This document shows positions 39,166-49,953 of a stretch of 64,000 nucleotides of DNA, in pieces. The stretch is from Perkinsus chesapeaki ATCC PRA-425 (taxonomy: Eukaryota; Protista; Perkinsozoa). Each line of letters opens with the position of its first letter. The stretch's first letter is position 1. Under the pieces are notes generated by a model that saw only the letters and a program-made list of their open reading frames with translations, had not been told where the DNA came from and did no database searches. The translations under genes and the position numbers were made by a program. The DNA is taken from NCBI GenBank assembly GCA_013115145.1, contig JAAPAO010000050.1, forward strand, positions 1-64,000, given 5' to 3'.

Positions 39166-39895
39166 TATATTTAGCGCTTGCGTAATTGCAGTGATTTTAT
39201 GGATTTTATGGAGATGGTAGCTAATGGTATAGAGCTAATACCTTATTATCTATAGTTATGATCAGATTAGAAAACTGATTGATGGCGTTTTAATGCCAGT
39301 AAATCGTTATCAGACTTAATGTTAGTAAATAGTCGTTCCGTGTAGGAACCCCAATATTACAAGATTAGCTGTATGTGATGTGACCGATTACTTGTTGACG
39401 AATAGCTACGATGCCTTGTATGAGGCTTTGAGAACGCTTTATACTTAGGGTTTTTTTATTGTTACTGTTGCTCGGTCAACCATTATCACTACAAGCACTA
39501 GATGAGCGATCATCCATCTGGCAGAGCTAGTGTTGAGTTAGAAGAAGACGAAGCCTCGGTTCACGGTTCCGTCCATAGTCAGCCCGAAGCCGTACCGCAA
39601 CAGTAATCATACCCGGATGTGGTTTACCAGATTGGATCTGGTGACTCGTAAGTAATCCATATTTTACGAGAATCTTATCATCCTACTCCACAAAGGACTA
39701 TCATGACTCTTGACGGATGGTATTCTTCCTACTCGTTCACCACTAAAGATAGTCGATGATAGTCTGTGGAGAATTTACCGAGGTTACTGTTATAGGTGGC
39801 CTGGTGCTCACTACTCAATGTCTCTCAAATCGGAACTTTGACTCGCAATTTTCTTTGGATTTGGTCACTTCATCATCTCGTATGGATAAGTGTAG

Positions 39896-40247
39896 TGCAG
39901 CCAGAGGCGGTTAGCTGGCTCGCACTCCGCGCTCTAAACTGAGCTCGCGACGCCGAATCTCTTTGCTTCCCTACCCTGTACGTGTTCTTGTGATGCGGAT
40001 GCTCATTTTTGCTGATAGCTATACTTTTATTAACTTTGGTATTTCGATGCCTTACTTCACACTGGCCGGTGCTGGGGAGCGCTTGCCCGGCGCGTCGACC
40101 AGTCGAGTAGGTGTGATTGTCTCGTGCCCGTTGTATCTCTTTATAGTACTAAGCTGACATTTTCTGATGGTGAATCCTTCTTCGTCTAATGTCCCGACTG
40201 TTGGGTGTGCACCAGAAAACGATTGGCTTGATCCCGCTACGGCTACA
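39896..40247 (-). mobile_element. Solo-LTR- or MITE-like element, copy 2 (352 bp, inverted relative to copy 1)
   Basis: Reverse complement aligns with 37622-37750 and 37870-38046, with the same TGTAGCC...GGCTGCA ends. It contains AATAAA on its own strand. No flanking duplication seen. Confidence 0.65.
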
Positions 40248-41217
40248 GCATGCTCTTCCCCCGGGAATCGCGAGTCGGAACTGATACATCCTTTTCAGCC
40301 CCTATAATGAGTGGTACAGTTGCTATTTTATTGGGTTTGGGTGTCGAGCCTTGAAACATAAGACGCCTTCGATCTGAATCACATTGTAACTAAACCTTTG
40401 TCAAACATGAATGCTTATTGTCATTTTTGGGGAAGACATTGTTGCTTGAAAATTTGTCAAACTTGCTCGGGAATTAACTGTAACGAGCAATATAAAATAG
40501 TAAGTATAATATGAGATGTTACATTTGAAACATATAGAGATGGATATGTGAATTGCACATTGTGCAACATTACATCTGATAGCGGCTCAAGTTATTGGGG
40601 AGAGCATCACAAATGGTCCTTCTGGCTCGCAGCGATCTGAAGACTTTGAGATCTGAAGACTTTAAGATTTCCACCACTCTGTCGATGTGTGGCTGCAATC
40701 GGTTGGGAGTGGCATCAGCATGCATCTATTCATAGGGTCACCGTATTAGGTTGTTAGTTATCTTTCCTGATTCCTCACTTTCGCAACTCAAAGGATGTTG
40801 AGCACGAACTCCTATAACACCTGAGAAAGTGCGAAGTTTTGTGCCTGAGTTCATTCCTGGACTCCAGAGTCTGGAGATGAAATATTCAGCCATTCCTGAC
40901 GGTGCCAATGGGAGTACCAATAATGCTTGTGGTCTCTCATATCCATGGTTGACATCACTGGAGCTACGCTCTGGCTCACAACACGGGAGGCGGTATGGTT
41001 GACAGAAGCACATTCATGAGCGTACTCACAGGTGAGAAAATATGCCTCAGAACATGACCACGAAATGGTCTAGATGGCAGTGAGCCCCACCATGAACCAA
41101 TCCACTTAGTTCACTGTCGTTTACGCGGGTTATGTGGGTGACTACTTTACTACTTTCAACACTAACAAACATCAACCAATGCGAAAAAACGCAGTCTTAT
41201 GTACCGATACGGTCGAC

Positions 41218-44200
41218 CTATAATTTCTCCTCGAGCCGCGCCGCCTGCACTTTAGCAATCAACTTCTGAACCTCTCCCCAGTAGTCAGACCACTCAGGAA
41301 TGATCCGTCTCGCCATCTCGGTCTTGGGTTCCTTAGTTAAAGGATTCTGGCACAAATCGATGGTCTTAGCAGTTGCCTTGGCCTCCTCGCCACACCATGT
41401 CTCGCACCAAAGCCAATCAGCCGGCAAGGAATAAATATGAATCTGATGCTGAGCGTAGTTCGGCAAATCCTGGTCAAGATTGGCCAAAGAGTTTGGGTCT
41501 TGAGAAAGCTGGTTGTAAACTGCCCTCAAAGAGTCACCGGCACCAGTCTTCCTAAACCTTGCAAGATCAACCACGAAGAGTGCTGATATATGATACGGTC
41601 GGCCGGCAAGATGGTTCAGCCAGTAGCCCTGTTTCCAGAATCGGAATCCTTCCGTGGACGGGTTCGTGTCGCCCATAGGAGTGAAGCCGTAGACCTTCCC
41701 TTGCAGGTCCATATCCCACAGCTCCCTCACGTCAGCACGCACGACTTGATCAGCATCTATGAAAATTATGCGATTGACGCTAGGCGGGAAGAGGACGTCC
41801 AAGAACAGAATCTTATAGGCCCAAATCAGCCTTTGCTTCTCGGATTGCGGATTGAGCCAGGTCGGCCATTTATACGTCACAAAACGATATTCGAAGTTGT
41901 ACTCCTCAGCGAGTTGCGGAATGAACTCTCTGAACTGCGGGGAGAGGAATTGATCAACAAACCAGAAGCACAGTTTGCTTGTCGTGTGGTTCCGGACCGA
42001 TAAGATCATCACCGCCAACAGCTGCTCGTAGAGGTGACCGGACGCGACCGTGAAAATGTGTATCGGGCCGTCATCATCCAGATTGTCGTCTTGTTGGTCA
42101 TATATCATCTCCCGACTCATTTCGGGTTTCAACCTCAACTTCACTGGGTAAGATGGCATCATAAATTTGTTAACATCCACAACGTTGGTTCCCATCGCCT
42201 CGTAGACCTCTCTCCCCATCGTATCGGGCTTCAGCTGTATTGAATATCTTCCTGGATTGGCGAAGAGTTGGTAGTATCCCAGATTTCGTATCACCCAAGT
42301 TTCAGCAAGTGGCTTGGAGGTAAGGTCCAGCAGCTGCAACTGAGCACCGTCCGCAGGCCCCCTCGGATGGCCATTAGCATCGACATCATACGACTGACCC
42401 TCGACGTACAACTGCTTCAAAACATACCTGACAGGATGATGATACGCGTTGCTCCCCACCAGACTTACTGGGCTTCAACTATTTCTTCATCTGCCGGAGT
42501 TATTCTGATATTGTCCATATCAACTCTCCCCTTGCGACTGCTCACTTGCCAGTTCGGCAACACATCCATCCCCAGTGTCAAGGTGTTCCTTGAGGGCTCC
42601 AGGATGAACTCTGCCGCCCCTCCTGCCGTAACACTTCTATGCCAGCTCTTTAAAGGGTACTCTGAATACTTGTCCTGCGGTGTCAGGACCATTCGAGCGC
42701 CAAAACCGTCCAAGACGTCATTCAGATATTTAATCACCATCAAAGCGCTCCTACCAGAGTCGGTTAAAGGATCAATACTGGCCACCATCTCCAATACTAA
42801 ATTCCCGCGCGCCACTAAATTGAAAGCCGCCAGTGGGGTATTTTTAAACGACTTTTGCAGCCCTTCCTCCATCACTTCTCGATGAGGATTCTCAACAGCG
42901 GCAATTGATTGAACGAAACTGTTCGCCACCGCGCACGCCAATGGCCCCAAACTTCCGCAATTTCCCTGCTCTGCCTTGTACGACCCGAAAAGTGCCTCCA
43001 CGAACTCCTCTAAAATTGGCTCAACCTTGGCTACGTCGAGCTCAAGCTTCTTCCCATTGACAATCATCGTCACTTCCGCAGCATCACTCACCCCAGCCGC
43101 ATGAATGAGCTCTCGAGCAGCCTTCATGGCATCGTCCGATGGAATCTTGCCACACTTGCTCATCTCGAAGTTCCTCAACGCATCGAAGCTGTCCACACAT
43201 CCCTGCAGCCTGCTATTAGTTGCGTCATCGGCTCCTAAAACTGTCATGATAGCGCCGGGGCGACCCTCCAAAAATTTTCCGATTTTTTTAACAACCTCAA
43301 TTTTCGACTCCACATTCTCCTTTCCACCGCCGACCACCACCATAACATGTAGCGGCGTCTCTACAGTTCCAGCTGCCATCAAATGCGTCACGCGCCCCAA
43401 AATTCTCATCGGCAGCTGAACTGTGCTCTTCTCGTCGGTTTCGTCGGTGAATAATGCCGGATGATAGACCGAAGACAAGTACTTGACGCTTTTCTCGGGG
43501 AAAATAATCTCCCTTATGACGTCGTTAATCTCCTCATCTTCACTGTCCATATTCTCGTCCTTCTGTTTTTCAACATGTCTGGTGTACCATGCAGCTGCCA
43601 ATGCCTGGAAATCCTCCCCAATAAACACAGCAGTGTCCGCCAAATTCTCGCTCACCAACCCGTTCACCACGACGCTCGGAAAGGGCAGACCCTTCGTCGC
43701 GGCCCACGCCTGTCCTCTCCTGACTATCTCCGGAACATCCTCTCCACTTTCCGGGAGTTCCTCCAGCAAGACATCCTCACAGATCTTCTCGATGCTTTCA
43801 ATCGTCATCACATCCTCTTCATCACCGTTTGCCGCCCGCACCAGCCCCGCCAGAAACTGCCGAACCTTCTTCATATCTTTCTTACGTCCGCTCCCATAAA
43901 CTTCACCGAAACACTCGGCGGCTCGCGCCCCCTCCGGCGTTCTTGTATCCGGCACCAGCGCTATCCTCGCTGGAAACGGCTGTGTCATTAGCCTGCCGAC
44001 CGTTTCCAAGACTTGACTGCGATCAGATAGATCAATAAGAAAAATGATATCGAAAATAACTCTTTTTAGCGGAGCGATGCCTCTATGACCCATCATCAAC
44101 ATCTGAATGATGATATCCAAATCATCTCCCCAGCGGCTCGTTTGCGGATCTTTCAGAACATTATAAACATACGCCGGTCCGACGCCATCCTCCTCCTCCA

Positions 44201-45685
44201 CAGGTCGCCATTCCAACCGACCAGCAGACGCCACACGTGTTGCTCCTCTGACCATCTCTGCCGCCGCTGCCTCCGACATTCCAAGTACAACTAGCTCCTC
44301 CACGGCCAAATAAATCGGCATCAGCTTCTCCATAATCGGATGAAGCTTTATCATATTTTCATCCATAGGTTCGCCCGAACTCAACAAATACGCTCCGGCC
44401 TGGGGAACCTTTGCAAGCTCAGCCACTTGCTCTTTGGCCGCACTGCTCACTGTCGCCTCGCTCAGTTCGACGACCCTCCCCGGAAAATTCCTCAAAATTT
44501 CAATTGCTTCAGAAATATTACCACTAGCAGCTTCCAAAAACTGTGCTCCGACCGAAGTCAATTCCCAGGCCTTCAATTTCCGATCTGCCGGACTCAACAA
44601 CTTTTCCATTTTAAGATTCACCTTCGCCTTGGAGAAATCAACATCCGGATATCTCTCCTGCAACCTGCCCCAACACACCCCCGCCTCACCACATCCGCCG
44701 TCGCTTTGCTCCTCGAGCTCGGTCTTGTCACTCTCCGAATCCGCTGAAGCCTTGTATTCGGAGTTCTTTATCGTCAGCCCCACACCGTACCCAGCGATTG
44801 CCTCCCGAGGCTTAGCAGCGACATTTCCACCACCGTCACCGTGACGGAACAGGACCCTGCAGCTCTCGCAGCAATTTTCGGTAAGAGATTTCAGAACTGC
44901 AACCGACGAGAGGCTCCTCGCTTCCCCGTAGACGACCGCAGTCGTCACAGAATCTGAAAAAAGTTCTATTCTAGCGGCAGCTTCGTCCCATTTTCTATGA
45001 AATTCCCCCACCGGAATTCGGCGGCCCGATTGCGGTAATAACTATCCATTGCTGGTGAAACGCGCAACCGAAAGCAAGGTTATAAACAAATCATCCGGGA
45101 CACCTCTATCTCCTCCTTGCAGTCGTATACATGCGTTTTGTACGCTGTTAAAGCAGCAGCAGCAGCCAGAATCACATACAAGACAGAACCCCCAAGGAGT
45201 GAACCCAACGCCCGTCGCCCCGATGCTTTACCTTCGTCACTCCCCCCTCTCTGAATCTCAATCCCTTCGAATTCTTTACTGCTGGCATTCTGAGATCTCT
45301 CCACCACACAGATATCTTCAGCCAGACAACCACTCTTCAAACCGTTCCCGTCAACCTCGACCACCACCGGGGTGTCCCTGTCGCACTCACGTCGAGCAAA
45401 TCGATCGAATGATCGATAATATTCCACCATCGGTGAGAAGCATCGATTCTCTACCATAACCTTCAATAACGACTTCGCGTTCTGGCTCTTCAGCAACTTC
45501 TCCGCGGTAATATTCGTAGTGAGATACTCGCGGGCCTGATCCCCTCCCAAATGCGACAAGAATTCAACCGTTTGGGACTCCTCCTTAACCATCGGCCACG
45601 ACGATTCCAGCGAGACCTTCACAGTGTGACTGTTAAGAACATCAGCGCCGATGAGGCACACGATGCAGAGATAATCCAATCTCAT
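41218..45685 (-). CDS. UGGT: UDP-glucose:glycoprotein glucosyltransferase
   Basis: Signal peptide, GYGVGLTIKNSEYK, and GT24 catalytic domain IHIFTVASGHLYE, YKWPTWL, YKILFLDVLFP, IFIDADQVVRAD, LANLDQDLPN, WLWCETWC, TIDLCQNPLTKEPK. Intron at 42431-42472 region joins EAQ-YVLKQ. Confidence 0.95.
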
Positions 45686-45927
45686 AGTTATAAAAACTGA
45701 GACGCGGGAACACAGAGTTTAAAGGACGAATTCGAAGCATTCTCCAAACTCCACCTATATGCCTATTCTCACGGCAAGCAAGGCTCCGCTGTGATCCAAA
45801 GCCTCGGGTACTCCCCCGTAACTCAGCAACATCGATGGTGATGAAAACCCCGTGAAAGGGGGACAATAAAATCTCATAAGGCACATCGCATTAGCGCCTA
45901 AGCCTCAGCCTACCAAAACGATCACCT

Positions 45928-48900
45928 CTACAAACCCAACTCGGCCCTCAGCTCCCCAGAGACCCTCTGCATCTGAGCTAGCGTACCCGTGGTGATTCTG
46001 ATGAAACCTGGGAATCTTCCGTGGATGTCCCTGAAGAAATGAAATCAAGCATCGCCATATAGAGCCCTAGTAGAACAAATACACGATGTACTTATAACGC
46101 TATGCCGACAGATGCTTTAGCACTGAGATTGGTGAAGCCATGCTATAAACTGCTTAGGTACATAATTAAAGCCTTACACTCTTCTGTCAAGCATTATTAA
46201 AAGCAGATTCGAGTTTCCCTTCAATTTGTAAATATAATATTAAATTAACTATATAACATATACACTGCGACTGGTCAAATTCTCATCAAGGGTGTAAGAA
46301 CCAACGAGTTCCCCAAGGATATGTTCCAAATACGTCTACGCTCCAAGTTTCAGAGCCAAACTCCTTATCGGTAATTAAGAAAGCTGGGCAGAATCGGTCT
46401 GGTGGTATAATCCTTCTCTCACAGCTACAATTCATCTTATTGCACGATAAATACCTATTTATCGATCAAATCGAGTATCTCCAGTGAATGCTTTACCGAG
46501 CATGCCACAGAGCGACACGGAAGGGTAGGAAAACTACGTCACGTCTCAGGCTGCTGCTTGCCCGACGCCCCGAAGAAAATGCCCCTGCCAAGATTCGAAC
46601 CCACGCCCTTCTACTACCTCAAAAATATGTCCCTCTTAGTCATCCTTTCGACTATATCCACCGGTGACACGCCCTCAGGCATCTTTACACACAGGAAATT
46701 GCCGCCACCTGCCTTCGCCTCGAGCCCCGCCTTCTGCAGATCCTCCACAAGCCAGTCACGAGCCTCGCAGACCTCCTTGGCATACGCCATATAAAAATCA
46801 CGATTCTTGAGTGCCTCCGATGCGGCCAACTGTGCCAGCATGTTCACCGACTTGGTGTTATATAATTTTTTCATCTCTAAACAGACAAATATATCTTTTT
46901 GCTCGCATGCACACATCGACCTACCTCCGATAAGATCTTCATGAGCCATCAGGAACCCAATTCGGAGCGCCGCCAAGCCGAAACATTTCGAAAACGTGCG
47001 AGTGACGATGAGATTCGGCAACTTCTGGACAAGACTAGCTGACGACGGCAATCTCGCAAACTCGTGATACGCTTCATCTGACAGTAAAACACAAACCTGA
47101 ATGCTCTCCCGAGCTGTAGGGGACACCACAGAGTCCCCTGCCTAAGAAATTGTCGATCCAATACCGCTAAGTTATCACACTACCAATCCTGACTGGTAAT
47201 ATGCCAATTCACCCTTGCCTGCCGAAACTGCTCGTGCTTGCACCGTCGAAGATCAAGTAGGATACAAGCGGCATTTTGCGAGCGTCAGAGTTTCGCGGCT
47301 AAGCAAAGCTGATAGTTCTACGTCACAAAACGGTAATCGAAGTTGTACTCCTCAGCGAGTCGCGGGATAAACTCTCTGAACTGGGGGGGGAGAGGAATTG
47401 ATCAACAAACTAGAAGAACAGTTCGCTTCTGGTTAGGGTTTTCGTTAGTGAAACTGAGGAAAATCATATTCTCTTGGACGGTCTCCTATTAACGTCACGA
47501 TTTCCTTCCAATTCAAAGACTATCATTTTCACCCTTCTTACCGGCAATAATAACCCTTCCAGGATTCTCCTTGCAAACCTTCTCTATGAAATCAGGATGC
47601 CATTCCGTACCTGTCACGCGCCACGAAACTCTGCTATCTATCACACAGTTGTCGCCTTACCAGTCGGATTGTTCGGGGATATCAAATAAACCACCTTCGG
47701 GTCCACCTCGGCGATTTTTCCCCTCAACTCATCTGAGCAAGAACATTCTCATCTTCCCTAGCTTGGCCAACTTTCCCACTTTCATCGTTCTTGAACGGAT
47801 CCTTCAACTCCATTTTCACATGTTGGGCGTGACAGCCATCTATAAAAATACCAACCTGAATCACAGCACACTTCCGGCGGCGCCTCAGTGACATAGAATA
47901 TATGCTCTCTGCTTTCTCTTAGACCAGTCCGCCGGACTGGACCAGTCCGGACTAAGTCCGGAAGTTCCCCCGCCGAGTAGCCATGCACTCCCTTATGTTG
48001 AAGGGGGCAAAAAAGTTACAGAAATTCCATCGAAAATTTTTTCCGGTAAGATATTTTAACAAACCTATGCAGCCATTCTCGGTTTGTCCATCACAGCTGT
48101 CATTGGCGAAAGACATTCGGCTGCCCGACAAACCTCACACTATTCCCACACAGATTGCTATTTGATAGCGACGCCGACCTCTTCGATAAAATGCACGAAT
48201 CTCCGAATTGAATTAGCAAGCAGTAGAATCCTTTTATTACTACCTGGGGATAGCTCGGTTGAGGGACCAAAGCCTTGTCGCCGGGAGCCAGGAACGTATC
48301 CATGATCAAACGAAGACCGTCGTCGCTGAGGGAGCAGAATTGTTGACTACATCTATGCTATGGAAGGAAAACACTTCAAACACTTAAGCGCACAACTCAC
48401 GGGCATATTTATCCCTCCGGGAAGATACCTCCGCAAAAGCAAGAAGACTTATTTTATTGATATATATAATATAGGATATAGAACTAGTAATATAATAACA
48501 CTAATACTACATCCGTAAGACTAACGTAAGCCGCTATGACGTCCAAGGAAGTAGTCTATATCCTGTTATCGAGAAGCAGTGCTATCGACCTATTAATAGA
48601 GCAAGGAGGATACGATAGTTGCTTTGGTATTATACATAATACATGATTAATATGATATTTTAATTTTAATTTCCAACCCTCCCCCCAGCACTACCTTCCA
48701 TTATTAACAAGAATATGCTTCCTGTTTAGATTAACATGCTTGGTAATCTCCTCCATACAAGCATCACCGCCCAAGCTAGGATACCACGGCAAAGTTAGAC
48801 GACCATCCTGCGACTGCAGGAAGGATAGTAACCTATTCGTTACAGCCGCCGGAGGAGCCACTGTGGCCTGAGGGATTATTGATTCTGTCAGCATTGGTGT

Positions 48901-49226
48901 ACATCTTCATGTCTTAGGGAGGGATGAATTACTCAATCGATGGTTCGATTCCCAGCCTAGTCAGTTTTCTTCGCATTTATTCAGCCACTCATCACTATCA
49001 TATTCTCTACGTATCCAAGCTTGAAGCTCGCAAGATACTACATAGGTCACCTTCCCGCTAATACTACCTCGTTGTAATCCAATTTAAGTGCGGCCTTCAA
49101 ATCTTTACTATCTCTTAACACCTGATTCAGACTATCTGGAGGAGAGTAGACCTTAACATGCGACAGAGGCGCCACTGGACGACCCCCGCTGGAACCAGAA
49201 AAACGACGAATGCCGACGCGAAGCAT
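45928..49226 (-). CDS. hisC: Histidinol-phosphate aminotransferase-family PLP enzyme with mitochondrial-type presequence
   Basis: Exons give LKLDYNE, NNGSDDGL, SPNNPTG, IIADEAYHEF, PLP-lysine motif TRTFSKCFGLAALRIG, GGGNFL and FIRITTGT...LGL stop. One middle exon (after QPSYPQ) could not be resolved unambiguously. Confidence 0.85.
47319..47428 (-). repeat. Degenerate 110-bp copy of UGGT catalytic-domain coding sequence (41873-41980) inside a hisC intron
   Basis: Shared blocks TACGTCACAAAACG, TCGAAGTTGTACTCCTCAGCGAGT, AACTCTCTGAACTG and GGAGAGGAATTGATCAACAAAC, in the same order and orientation. Host intron is 47078-47541. Confidence 0.9.
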
Positions 49227-49953
49227 TTAAATCGATGGACAAAGAAATGCCTGAATCGCCGAGCTCAATCAACGGCCGGCCTACCAGTCCCACATATCAA
49301 ACCTAGCTCACAACCTCCGAACTCTATTACAGGACATCGCGCTAGTGGGAAGACAGTTTACATCCTAACTTACACTGCGACGGCACCACCTCCCCGACAA
49401 GACGACCATGAAGCTGCTAATTGCTAACAGGGGATACTCACGATGTTCCTCGATGGTAACAAAGCATAATACCCGAATACGGTGAATAATGCAAACCCCA
49501 AACTACAAAGCTGCATACGCACTAGTGTATCGATGAACGTGTATATTATCAACAACGAGAAAAAAGTTTTCCACAACAGTACTTATAATACTACTATAAT
49601 ACTTACTATAAAAATTTTTAACAGACATAATCGGGGTCGACTCGGTAAGACTGCCGGCGCGTCTCCTCAGATTCTTACGGGTGCGACGGTATCGCCACCC
49701 AACCACCCGAGGATGAGGACTAGGGCCAAGTGACGAATTACAGTCTACTCAAGCTCCATCAGTTTCTATAGTACCTACCAGAAAACCCGAAACCCAAAAA
49801 CCCGATTAAACTAAAACCCAACAACCGTTCTCTTCCTAAGACTGACTACCCTCACTTCTCAATAATAAAAATAACATGACTTTTGTAGCACAGAAGAGGG
49901 AAATTAGAAGACACTCATCACCGTCAAGGTCGCGGGTTCAATCCTCGGGAGCT

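Noticed and set aside
41373-45459. Plus-strand ORFs overlapping UGGT
   Set aside because: Antisense shadows of long UGGT exons.
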